Shown in pieces: positions 21,562 to 30,996 of a stretch of DNA of 64,000 nucleotides; positions within the stretch are counted from its first letter, which is position 1, and every line of letters begins with the position of its first letter. Origin of the DNA: an uncultured Phycisphaerales bacterium. Lineage in GTDB: Bacteria; Planctomycetota; Phycisphaerae; Tepidisphaerales; Tepidisphaeraceae. The stretch covers positions 1,088,001 to 1,152,000 of the forward strand of contig CAVWLP010000003.1 of the NCBI GenBank assembly GCA_963755915.1, read 5' to 3'. The position numbers and the translations under genes are program-made. Below the pieces are notes generated by a model. That model was given only the letters and a program-made list of their open reading frames with translations. It made no database searches and was not told the origin of the DNA.

Positions 21562-22850
21562 ATGAAGCGAATCTGGGTGATTCCGGGGACAATCGCCGCG
21601 ATCGGGCTCACTCTGAGCGCGTACTTCTGCGCGGACGATCTGCAATTCCGCTTGCCAAGGGGGATACGGCTGTTGTTGCGCGGCGCGGCGATATTTCCCA
21701 GGTTATTTCCGCCAGCGGAACCGTTTGCGGCAATTGTGAGCAGGTCGTGAATTGCCTCGCCAGCGGGGAAGTCGTCAGGCTTCCGTTTGCCCTGGGTGAT
21801 GGCGTGAAAAAAGGGCAGGTGGTCTGCCAACTCGATCCGAGCCAGGAGCAGGGCGCACTCGATCAGGCGAGGATGGCGCTCTCCCAGGCGACGCACAAGC
21901 TGGAGGAGACGGAGCAATCTGCCAAGCTCGCGGAAGATGACATGGCCATCTCCATTCAGCAGGCGGACGACAACATCGCCTCGCTGCGCGTGAAGGCGAC
22001 CAACACGCAGAACAAAGCCGACCGGCAAAACACGCTGCTGTCGCAATCGCTTTCGTCCCAGGAAGAGTATGAGACGGCCCAGACCGAGGCGTCGCAGGCG
22101 GCCACCGAATTTCGCAATGCCGAGCTGGATAAGCAGGAATTGAAAGACCGCAGCGTTATGCTCAAGACCGAAAAGGCAATGGATATCGAGGCGGTTGAAG
22201 AAGAGGTCAGGAAGGACGAAGTCGCGGTGAAGCAGGCGGACGATCGGCTCGCGGCAACGACGATCTCAGCGCCGATGGATGGGGTGATCTCCGATCTGAA
22301 GACAACCCTCAATTCCTGGATCGAGCAATCGGGCGGCGAGTATTCGCGCCAGCCGGTGATGACCATTTCCGATCTGTCACGGATTTTTGTGTGCGTCGCG
22401 ATCGGCGAGAAGAAGATCGGCTGGGTTCATGTGGGGATGCCGGCCGAAATTGTTGCCGATACCTATCCGGGGAAGAGTTTTGCCGGCACGGTAGTGGCGG
22501 TGGCGCCGACGGGAACGGTTAGCAATAATGCCGCGAGTTTTGGGGTGAAGATTGAGTTGACGGGAGGAGATAAGTCGCTGCTCAAGCCGCCCATGACGGC
22601 GACGGCGCGAATTATTCAGCAGACGACGGCCGATGCGCTCCTGGTTCCCAACCGGGCCGTCGAGAAGCGGGGGCAGGGGGCATTTGTGACTGTTGTCGGC
22701 AAGGATGGGCATGTGCAGGATCGAGCCGTGCTCGTGGGGATTTGCGATGGAGTGAATGACCAAATCATCGGCGGCCTGACCGCGGGCGATCGCGTGGTGG
22801 TTCGCGGGCCCAGCGCGGGAACGGAAGTGGCGCAGAGTGTGGATGAGTGA
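21562..22850 (+). CDS. Efflux periplasmic adaptor (HlyD/MacA-like), frameshift near 21640
   Basis: GDGVKKGQV...LD, long coiled coil, ISAPMDGVI, LKPPMTA, GLTAGDRVV. Confidence 0.85.
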
Positions 22851-22884
22851 AAAGTGTGAAAGTGTGAACGCGCCGGAAAATTTG

Positions 22885-22947
22885 CCCGGCCATGGATTGC
22901 GAGATTGAACAGGTGGTCGTCGCTGGGGCACCCCGCGAGGCGGTCAC
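22885..22947 (-). pseudogene. Remnant of PIN-like toxin
   Basis: GTG overlapping the antitoxin stop, then PSDDHLFNLAIHGRANF resembling the C-terminal D-D..L..A..G.A.F motif of PIN toxins. Confidence 0.5.
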
Positions 22948-23225
22948 GCCGATTTCGCTTTCTTTTCGCGCCGCTGCGCATTCAGTTCACGATGCAGGAG
23001 ATCGTCGAGCTGCTCATCGGTCATGCCGCTGTCTATGAATTGCTTTCGCACCGGCGCCATAATCTCCTCGATGCTGGGACGGGTGACAGCCTGTTCGATG
23101 AGTTCCGACGCAACGGCGGAGATATCCTGCCCGGAGCTTTTGGCTTGCTCGGCGAGCTTGGCGCGAGCCCGTTCCGAAAGATGCAGGGTTATAGACGTGT
23201 CAGTTGTCTGGCCGGGTGTTGCCAT
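22944..23225 (-). CDS. Orphan antitoxin-like protein, paralog of 9374..9678
   Basis: ITLHLSERARAKLAEQAKSSGQDISAVASELIEQA aligns with LRIRLSRDASDELAHRAAETGQDLGSVASDLLEQA; AGGAG RBS. Confidence 0.75.
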   Translation of the reverse strand: MATPGQTTDTSITLHLSERARAKLAEQAKSSGQDISAVASELIEQAVTRPSIEEIMAPVRKQFIDSGMTDEQLDDLLHRELNAQRREKKAKSA

Positions 23226-23265
23226 GGTGCACTCCTAATTGCGATTATAATCCGCCAACGGAGAA

Positions 23266-23837
23266 TTGGCGCTGGTTTTGGCCAAACTTGATATGCATGA
23301 CGAAGACATATTGAAATTCGCAAGAGAGCACGTCGAACCATTGCCGGCTGTGGGGCCAAATAGCGAGCGATACCGCGTGGCGGCAACTCTCAAGGACGGC
23401 ACGCATCTTCCGTGCGTGGTTGTCGAAAGCGCGTCAAAGCGAGTGGAATTGGCGCTGCGCCGCTTTGACGAGACGCGTGCGTCGTCACATCCGATGATGG
23501 GATACCAGGCGATTGTCGAATCATTTGTTACTCACGGGAACAGCGTAAGCCCATACGACATCAAGGAATTGTCCGAAAGCCCATTCGCGATTCCTCTGCC
23601 GCGAATGAGCGAAATCCGGGGCGAAACATCCATGAGCTGGACACAGTTCACCGCAATAATGGCAGACGGAAAAGAGTTTCGCTTTGGTACTGCCTTTTCA
23701 CGGGAATTCTTTGAAATGCCCAGGGCTATACCGCTGGGGAGATTCGAAAGATCATGCCGGCGGTGCGCGGAGAAAGAAAAGTCGAAGGAACCTACCGGGA
23801 GAAACCTTTTTTCACGTGCTATGTCCTGGGCATTTAG
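23266..23837 (+). CDS. Hypothetical protein, frameshift near 23720
   Basis: YRVAATLKDGTHLPCVV...IRGETSMSWTQFTAIMADG...; other frame ends YREKPFFTCYVLGI*. Confidence 0.65.
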
Positions 23838-23959
23838 ATGAAACGGATCACACGCACAATGAACCGCTATCCCAATCCCCCCATCCCGCCCAGTTTGTTG
23901 CCGACTGTCCAATTTTGTATTTAATGGGAACGACCAGAAAAAATATTCGAGAGCACCCC

Positions 23960-24619
23960 TCACGCCGTATGCAAATGCCGAATGATATGCCCCGTATGGA
24001 TGTAAACTACATCCTCGGCAATGTTCGTGCAGTGATCCGCAATCCGCTCCAGGTTCTTCGCGATCATGATGTTCCCGAGCTCGGTGTTCGCCTTCTGCCC
24101 GTCGCTTTCCATCAGGCAGATCATGTCCTGAACGATCTGGTGATAGAGCGCATCCACCACGTCGTCGCTCTTCAGAACATGGCGGGCCAGGGCTTCATCC
24201 TGGAGATTAAACGCCTTGATCGTGTCGCGCAAAGTTGTCAGCACCGAATTGGCCATCAATTTCAGATCCGGCGGCGGCTCATAATCCGGTAGCTGTGAAA
24301 GCGGCAGCACCCGCTGGGCAATATTCACCGCGCAGTCGGCAATCCGCTCAAAATCCGCATTGACCTTGATGATCGTGGTCACGGTCCGCAGATCGACGGC
24401 CGCCGGCTGCTGCAGGGCGAGGAGGTCGATGGCGCTCTTTTCCACCCGCACTTCCTCTTCGTCGATACGCTGGTCGAGACTGATCGTGGTCTGGGCGAGC
24501 TTGGCATCCGCGGTGAAGAGGGCCTCGCACGAGTGCTCCACCGACTGGAGCACCAGCGCGGTCATTCGCGCGACCTGCGTCCTGAGGCTCTCCAGAAGAT
24601 CGGCCAGATGATGCGACAT
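23960..24619 (-). CDS. phoU: Phosphate signalling protein PhoU
   Basis: LALQQPAAVDLR, ERIADCAVNIA, KNLERIADHCTNIAEDV. Confidence 0.95.
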   Translation of the reverse strand: MSHHLADLLESLRTQVARMTALVLQSVEHSCEALFTADAKLAQTTISLDQRIDEEEVRVEKSAIDLLALQQPAAVDLRTVTTIIKVNADFERIADCAVNIAQRVLPLSQLPDYEPPPDLKLMANSVLTTLRDTIKAFNLQDEALARHVLKSDDVVDALYHQIVQDMICLMESDGQKANTELGNIMIAKNLERIADHCTNIAEDVVYIHTGHIIRHLHTA

Positions 24620-24666
24620 TGGAATACTATCGGCTATCCGAGACGCCGGGCGAGGATTGAGGGCGA

Positions 24667-25536
24667 TCAGCCGAACCGGCCGGTAATGTAATCCTCAGTC
24701 TGCTTGCGGAGCGGGTTCGTGAACATAGCCGATGTGGCATTATACTCGACGAGCGACCCCATATAGAAAAAAGCCGTAAAATCGCTCACTCTTGCCGCCT
24801 GCTGCATGTTGTGGGTGACGATCACAATTGTGTACTTGTCGCTGAGAGCAGTGATCAGGTCCTCGATCTTCGTTGAAGCAATCGGATCCAACGCGCTGCA
24901 CGGCTCGTCCATGAGAAGCACGGTTGGGCGAGTCGCCAGGGCGCGGGCGATGCAGAGCCGCTGCTGCTGCCCGCCAGACATTCCCAATGCGCTGGTCTTG
25001 AGGCGGTCCTTCACCTCGTCCCAGAGTGCGGCTTTCTGGAGGCAATCCTGCACGATGGCATCGAGCTCGGAGCGGCGATGGATGCCCTGGAGCCGGGGGC
25101 CGTAGGCGATGTTATCGAAGATCGATTTGGGGAAGGGGTTGGGCTTCTGGAAGACAAGGCCGACCTGCTGGCGAAGGGCGACGAGGTCGACCTTGGGCTC
25201 GTAGACATCCTGGCCGGAGATGAGGAGCTGGCCTTCGACCCGGCAGCCGGGGATCAGGTCGTTGAGGCGGTTGATGGAGCGCAGGAAGGTGCTTTTTCCG
25301 CATCCGCTGGGTCCGATCATGGCGATGACGCGGTTGCGGGGCATGGCCATGGAGGCGGATTTAATGGCCGGATGAGCCCCGTAGAAGACGCTGAGGCCGC
25401 GGGCTTCGATGAGGACGTCGCCGGCGGCAACGAGTTCGGCGGGGGTAGCGGTCGCCAGGGGCGGGGCAGGCGCCGCCTTTTCCGGCCTGGCGGATGTACC
25501 CAGGGGAGTCGTTGTCCGCAGCGCCGTCCGGCTCAT
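24667..25536 (-). CDS. pstB: Phosphate ABC transporter ATPase
   Basis: [51 protein letters not shown]. Confidence 0.96.
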   Translation of the reverse strand: MSRTALRTTTPLGTSARPEKAAPAPPLATATPAELVAAGDVLIEARGLSVFYGAHPAIKSASMAMPRNRVIAMIGPSGCGKSTFLRSINRLNDLIPGCRVEGQLLISGQDVYEPKVDLVALRQQVGLVFQKPNPFPKSIFDNIAYGPRLQGIHRRSELDAIVQDCLQKAALWDEVKDRLKTSALGMSGGQQQRLCIARALATRPTVLLMDEPCSALDPIASTKIEDLITALSDKYTIVIVTHNMQQAARVSDFTAFFYMGSLVEYNATSAMFTNPLRKQTEDYITGRFG

Positions 25537-25798
25537 AGTTTGTTATTGCTCCAAGATTTCCAGAGTTTAAGGGGCATGGCCGTGCCTTCAAGGGCATTAA
25601 GAAAGATTAACAGAACACGCCAGTAGGTTTACCCAAATTGCCGTCCGATAAAAGTGGTCGCAATTCGCAATTTTCTATTGAACCGGACACAAGATCAAAT
25701 TATACTCCAGAAATCGGGCTCCCATTTGTACATAGGAATAGCCAGACCATTATAACGCCAACGGCAGAATCGTTGGATTTCAGAAGGAAGGGAAGAAA

Positions 25799-26584
25799 AT
25801 GTTTCGCAAGCTTGCAGCAGTGGCAATGTTGGGGATTTTGGGGGCCATGGCGTCTTCGAGCCGGGCGGATACTTATGTAGCCGCTAACCTGACAGGCGTG
25901 TCGCCGTCATTAAGTTCTGCCACTCTGAATGGCGGTGGCGGTTTTTATGCCGGCCTGTTGAATTGGAACGTGGTTGCGACGAGCAATAGCTCGGTTTTCG
26001 CAGTCGGCTCCAACTTCAACACGTACTGCGTCGATATCAGTCATGATATTGGGATCGGCGGCACCTACCAATACGATTTGACTTCCCTTGGCAATGCTGC
26101 CGCCCTGCAAGGCACTTACAACTATGGCACTGGCACGGTTTCGATGGTAACCGCCATCGATACCCTGTATAGCGAATTTTATGGGGGAAGCACCACCGCC
26201 ACGATAACCTACAGTGCCGATCAGGAGGCGGCGGCATTTCAGGGTGCGGTGTGGACGGTACTCTTTACGCCACCGAACTCAATCGGTTTAGGTGACGGCG
26301 GCGCGACCACCCTTGAGGGTGACGAATTGGCGGCCTTGGATACTCAATTGGCCACTGTCGGCGGTCTTGACGCGTACAACGTCATGGCGCTGGTGGCCGA
26401 TCCGAATGGTCCGCTTCCGTACAATGTACAAGGCCAGGATCAAGCGCTGGTCGTGATGCCGACCTTCGGGTCAGTTCCGGCGCCGCTTCCGAGCACAAGC
26501 ATGGGTGGTTGCGTGCTGCTGGGTTTGTTTGGCCTTGGAGTTGCCTCAAAGAAGCGGTTGAGTTTGGCCCACCAGAAGATTTGA
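25799..26584 (+). CDS. Exosortase-target-like surface protein (PLP-variant PEP-CTERM)
   Basis: Signal peptide; FNTYCVDI...AAFQGAVW; C-terminal PAPLPSTSMGGCVLLGLFGLGVASKKR. Confidence 0.8.
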   Translation: MFRKLAAVAMLGILGAMASSSRADTYVAANLTGVSPSLSSATLNGGGGFYAGLLNWNVVATSNSSVFAVGSNFNTYCVDISHDIGIGGTYQYDLTSLGNAAALQGTYNYGTGTVSMVTAIDTLYSEFYGGSTTATITYSADQEAAAFQGAVWTVLFTPPNSIGLGDGGATTLEGDELAALDTQLATVGGLDAYNVMALVADPNGPLPYNVQGQDQALVVMPTFGSVPAPLPSTSMGGCVLLGLFGLGVASKKRLSLAHQKI

Positions 26585-26619
26585 AATTCCTGAGAGATTT
26601 GAAATTCAACGATCAATTC

Positions 26620-26652
26620 AACCGCCGGGCACTGCCCGGCGGTTTTTGTTTT
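26620..26652 (+). terminator. Intrinsic terminator
   Basis: aaccgccgggca-c-tgcccggcggtt hairpin followed by tttgtttt. Confidence 0.85.
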
Positions 26653-26690
26653 GCCTCAAAAATGCTGATTTTTCTGGTATATAGTTCTTT

Positions 26691-27878
26691 ATGAAGTTGG
26701 TTCTGGCCGGGGCTTTTCTTATTGCCGGGGCGGTCCTTTCCGGGTGCGCATCGGCGCCGGTTGCCGTGGTCTCGGCGCCGCAGCGGTTGGACGCACGTCC
26801 CTCGATCCCAATTGCCGAATTCCAGGGGACGCCTGCTGAGATCGGCAGCGAGCACGGGACGCGATTTCGATCGCAGATCGGCGAGCTTCACGACAAGTAT
26901 CTGCTGGTTGAGCTCCAGGGCCAGAGCCTGGTGCAGGCAAGGCTGGCGGCGGCAAGCTTCGAGATTTTTATGCCGCCCGATGACCGGGCGGAAATTGAGG
27001 GTTTGGCGCAGGGGTCGGGGCTAAATGTCTATGACGCGGTCCTCGCGCAGTGTTTCCTCGATCTGATGCCGGTGGCGGGGTGCTCGACGATTTCATTGCC
27101 GGCGTCGGCGTCGCCGGACGGGGTGGCGCGGTTTGGGCGGAACCTGGACTTCGATTCCCTGAATGTGCTGGATAAGAATTCGGTTTTGATCGTTTATCAC
27201 CCGAGGAGGAAGTATCAGTTCGCGACGATTGGATGGCCGGGGATGATCGGGGCGGTTTCGGGGATGAATGAATATGGGCTGTGCCTGGCGAACATGGAAG
27301 TGCCGCGCGGGTTTCGGCCGCCGATGGCGATGCCATATACGCTGCTTTATCGGGAGATATTGGAGCGGTGCCGGACAGTGAAGGAGGCAATCGATCTGCT
27401 CAATCGCGAGCCGCGGCAGACGGCGAATAATCTGATGCTGATGGACGCCGCCGGCAATCGCGCGGTGGCGGAGATTCGGCCGGAAGCGGTGACGGTGCGA
27501 TGGGGCCAGGCAGACGCGGCGCTGATCAGCACCAACCATCAGCGCGGGCTCGATACGGCGACGCCGGGATTTTGCTGGCGGTATGACTCGCTCCATGCGG
27601 AATCGGGGCCGGAGATGGGGCATATTGATTTGCCGCACCTGGAGAGGATGCTTGGTGGTGTTGTTCAGGGGGAGGGGGGAAGCATGACGATTGAGTCGAT
27701 GGTGTTTGAGCCGGCAAACCGTGTGGTTTATCTGGCTACGGGGGCGAATGCACCGGCGAATGGGTATGGGAGGATCGATCTTAAGAGTTATTTCCGCGCG
27801 GCGGGCGGCGCTCGGCCAATCTGCCTGAAGGCAGGTGATGATTTCCACATCTTTTGCACCGGTATATGTGGCGCGTAA
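26691..27878 (+). CDS. C45-family Ntn-hydrolase lipoprotein
   Basis: Lipobox LSGC; nucleophile CSTI, GRNLDF, SGMNEYGL, TNH. Confidence 0.85.
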   Translation: MKLVLAGAFLIAGAVLSGCASAPVAVVSAPQRLDARPSIPIAEFQGTPAEIGSEHGTRFRSQIGELHDKYLLVELQGQSLVQARLAAASFEIFMPPDDRAEIEGLAQGSGLNVYDAVLAQCFLDLMPVAGCSTISLPASASPDGVARFGRNLDFDSLNVLDKNSVLIVYHPRRKYQFATIGWPGMIGAVSGMNEYGLCLANMEVPRGFRPPMAMPYTLLYREILERCRTVKEAIDLLNREPRQTANNLMLMDAAGNRAVAEIRPEAVTVRWGQADAALISTNHQRGLDTATPGFCWRYDSLHAESGPEMGHIDLPHLERMLGGVVQGEGGSMTIESMVFEPANRVVYLATGANAPANGYGRIDLKSYFRAAGGARPICLKAGDDFHIFCTGICGA

Positions 27879-27944
27879 GTTGTTTTTTGAACTGCGCTTA
27901 GACGTTGGTCGCAAAATCCGATATGAAGCGGTGCAAATTCGCCC

Positions 27945-27972
27945 TTGCTTTTTGGTCGGATACCGTTAATAT
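27945..27972 (+). promoter_or_regulatory. Candidate sigma70 promoter for intergenic sRNA
   Basis: TTGCTT-16nt-TAATAT pointing into the hairpin array. Confidence 0.5.
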
Positions 27973-27978
27973 CTTAAG

Positions 27979-28141
27979 AGCGTATCGGGCGTTGAGCCGC
28001 CGATGCGGTTGGAAAAGAAAAGAGCGTTTGGGGGAAGGGGTCCCAAACGATTTACAATCCTCAACCGTCCAAGCACCCCCTTGGACGACCTCCCTTCCTA
28101 AAGGGAGTTACGCCCCGGATCCCCCCGTCCGGGGCCTTTTT
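27979..28141 (+). ncRNA. Candidate five-hairpin small RNA with C-rich loops
   Basis: Five consecutive stems; the last is followed by a T-tract; lies between convergent genes. Confidence 0.65.
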
Positions 28142-28272
28142 ATGCGCCGAGCGGGGAGAGAGTTGAGGGGAATGCGGAGACACGGCGAGCCGTTCGGCGA
28201 CGCTCACGGCGAGCAAGCCCGCCGGCTACACGCGCGGGATGCGGAAATCAGATTTTTATTTGATCGCGGGTG

Positions 28273-30288
28273 CTATTTGTGTGACGGTGACGGCGCCGGG
28301 GCTTCGCTGAAATTCCAATAGCGTTTCATCTGGACGATCGCGGAATCCTGGCCGCCGGATCGCTTGTCGGAGTTTTCGAGCCACTGGGCGGCTTGTCCGA
28401 GATGGTGGGAATTGTAATAGACGTAGGTTAGCAGGAACGAGTGGAGGGTGTCGTCGGGGGCATCCTGGGAAATCTGCTTCAAATCGGTAATCAGAGATTT
28501 GAGGCGATCGGCGCCGAGATGCTTCTGAAGGTCGTACTGTCCGAGGAGAACGGCGGGGTCCTGAGCGACGGCGACGTGAATGTCGGCGTTGGCCTGGGCG
28601 TAATAGCCGCCGCCAAGCTCCGCGGTGGCGCGGGCCATGAGAATCAGTGGATTGTTGGGGGCGGCGTCGATGGCCTCGTTGTAATTGGTAATGGCTTTGT
28701 CGTAGCGCTGGCTCTGGACGTTTTGCTCGGCGGTGCCGATCAGGTCGGCCAAACCCTTGGACCTGATTCCGTTGGCATAGCTGTCGATTGGAATGGGGGC
28801 CGGGGAGGCGGGCGGGGCAGTCAGGGGCGCCGGCCCGCCAAGATTGGTCGGGAGCTTGCTGAAATCGGGAGCGGCTCTATTGGGTTCAGCCTGGCTTGGT
28901 ACGGCTTCCTGTGGCGATCCGCCGTTGGCGTTGTTTTGATCGGGACTTGGAATACCGCTGGGCAGACCACCCGGCAACTGCGTGGGGGCGGCTGTCTTTC
29001 CGGCGAGAACATCGGCGCCGCTCTCGGCGTTGGTTTGCGCCAATTGCTGAAGGCGGCGAATCTCCTGGAACTTGCGGTTGGCCTGTTCGTCGGTCATGGA
29101 ATGCGAGCTGTCATAATCCTCCATGTTTTGACGCAGCTTGGCGTACAAGGCGCTCTGCTGCGTGGGGGGTGGGAGGCTCGCGTCGCTGGGCAAATACGTG
29201 CGATTCGACTGATCGGTGGAAACGTCCCCGGCCGCGGGGGTGAGACTGGAGGACTGCAACTGCGAGTTATTTGAGTTCACATCGGTAAGCGGCTGATTGA
29301 AGCTCGAGGTTTGGCTGCCGGGCTGCAACGGCTGAAGCAGGGAGGCTCCGGAGCCATTTGCAATGCTGCCAGTTGTGCCACTTTGTGCGGAGTTGGCGGC
29401 GGAGGGGATTGGATTCTGCAGCGTGAGTTCCTGGCGAATCTGACGAATGCGCGCCTGGACCGGCATGGGTCCGACGGAGGTGGAACTTCCCTGCGTCTGG
29501 TTGGGACCGAAGACGGAGGATTGCTGGTTTGCCTGGCTGTTGTTGGGATTGTAAAGGTTTTGACCGCTGTTTTGCGTGAGTTGGGAGTTGTCGGTGTTGA
29601 GCTGGACGGTTCCCCAAAGGGCGGAGCCGGAGAGCAACTGCTGAGCGCTTTCGGAGGGATTTACGCTGGAATCCACAGGGCCCGGAACGACGATCTGATC
29701 GGGCTTGGGTAGAACCTGGGTCTGTCCACTGAAGTCGATGGTGCCCAGACGCACGTCCTGAGGGGACTGGGCGAGGGGCTGCTGAAGCGTGAATCCGGGG
29801 GTTCCGGAAGTCGCCGCGGTTCCGTTTAAGCTGGTGTCGGGCGGGGCCTGGATGTGATTCGACAAGCCGTAATAAATCTGCGAAGGCGAAGAGCCCTGGG
29901 CATAGTTGCCGGAGGAGGCCGTTGGGTTGGCCATGGTGGGGACGCCAGTGGAGTTTGCGATGAACTGGTCGACTCCCTGTCCCGGGATAAGTCCGCGGAA
30001 GGCGAAGGGATCGGTGTACCCTACGCCAAGGTTAACGCCGTCAATTTCCGGGCCGCGGAAAGAATAGCCGTTGCGGGCGTTGCCGGTCGCGATGGCATTG
30101 TTGTACTGCGTCCAGCTCTGGACGGTGTTTGCAGGGTTATTGAACCCCCCGCTGCCGACCTGGGGGTTGGCGTCCATGGCCTGACCATTGGTGTTGACGC
30201 GCATCTGGCCGATTGCCGGAGCGGCGGCGAAAGCGGCGCCGCCCAGCGCCGCGAGCATTACGACATACGAGCGTTTACCACACTTCAT
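28273..30288 (-). CDS. Secreted low-complexity (Q/S/P/N-rich) protein with C-terminal TPR repeats
   Basis: Signal peptide; RYDKAITNYNEAIDAAPNNPLILMARATAELGGGYY TPR. Confidence 0.8.
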   Translation of the reverse strand: MKCGKRSYVVMLAALGGAAFAAAPAIGQMRVNTNGQAMDANPQVGSGGFNNPANTVQSWTQYNNAIATGNARNGYSFRGPEIDGVNLGVGYTDPFAFRGLIPGQGVDQFIANSTGVPTMANPTASSGNYAQGSSPSQIYYGLSNHIQAPPDTSLNGTAATSGTPGFTLQQPLAQSPQDVRLGTIDFSGQTQVLPKPDQIVVPGPVDSSVNPSESAQQLLSGSALWGTVQLNTDNSQLTQNSGQNLYNPNNSQANQQSSVFGPNQTQGSSTSVGPMPVQARIRQIRQELTLQNPIPSAANSAQSGTTGSIANGSGASLLQPLQPGSQTSSFNQPLTDVNSNNSQLQSSSLTPAAGDVSTDQSNRTYLPSDASLPPPTQQSALYAKLRQNMEDYDSSHSMTDEQANRKFQEIRRLQQLAQTNAESGADVLAGKTAAPTQLPGGLPSGIPSPDQNNANGGSPQEAVPSQAEPNRAAPDFSKLPTNLGGPAPLTAPPASPAPIPIDSYANGIRSKGLADLIGTAEQNVQSQRYDKAITNYNEAIDAAPNNPLILMARATAELGGGYYAQANADIHVAVAQDPAVLLGQYDLQKHLGADRLKSLITDLKQISQDAPDDTLHSFLLTYVYYNSHHLGQAAQWLENSDKRSGGQDSAIVQMKRYWNFSEAPAPSPSHK

Positions 30289-30449
30289 TGGCGATCCTTG
30301 TTTGAATCTGAATTATATCATTCCCCATACCGCCTCACGGCACAAAAACGCGATTTGTATCCTTATAGATGGCCGGGATGGGCTAAAAGTTGCAGTTTTT
30401 CGCTGTTTTGGGCGATCTGGCCGCCTATACAGCTATATCGGTAGATAAA

Positions 30450-30836
30450 CTAGGGGAGATGTGGAGCGGACACAAGCGGTGTGGCGGCGGGCGGGGTTTT
30501 TGCCCTCACGGCCGCTAAAAACCGTAAACTTGGACTGATTTTTGGGGGCTGAGGTGTGCGAAAGCGCTCCCCTGCATTAGATCGCGCTTTGGGGAGGGAA
30601 CTGGTTTTGCAGTTAGTACGGCGGATCCGCCTAAATCGTGTGAGAGCGGTTGATCAAACCCTGAAAGTAAGTGGGTGATTGTCCGAAGCAGGAGGGTTCT
30701 CCTGTTACCCGGCGGGACAGGCTTCCCATCTTTAAAACTCGACGCGTGAGCATCAAGTGCGGGCGTGCCATTTCGCCGGCGGCTATCCCCAAGGGTTGAT
30801 TATAGGTTTAACCAATATGGCTCTCCAATCACCTAG
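30450..30836 (+). ncRNA. Large structured ncRNA, OLE-RNA-like
   Basis: Complementary termini; many internal stems; CAAGCGGTG...CACGGCCGCT and TTGCAGTT motifs; no ORF of 60 aa or more. Confidence 0.7.
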
Positions 30837-30996
30837 AAAAGCAGAACATCCGTACGTTGGAAATAATATCGGTCGTCGGCGCGCGGGCAATGAAAGAATT
30901 GGTTAAAAAGGCGCTGGCGGAAAAAAATAAAACGGCCTGAAAAATCAGGCCGATTTGGCGCACTTTTTTCTTGACTATTGAAACGGATAACGATCG

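Noticed and set aside
22847-22869. Short tandem gtgaaaagtgtgaaagtgtgaa
   Set aside because: Three short imperfect units at a gene end; no further support for function
25596-25613. Possible Pho box upstream of pstB
   Set aside because: The TTAAT repeats are 10 bp apart rather than the 11 bp expected; too weak to call
28180-28232. cacggcgagc direct repeat after the sRNA terminator
   Set aside because: Looks like a degenerate REP-type remnant; lies outside the predicted transcript and occurs once in the window
30450-30836. RNase P RNA, tmRNA, SRP, 6S or self-splicing intron as identity of the large RNA
   Set aside because: No GAGGAAAGTCC, no tRNA-like GGGG...CCACCA ends, no SRP loop and no group II domain V seen; not inserted in a gene
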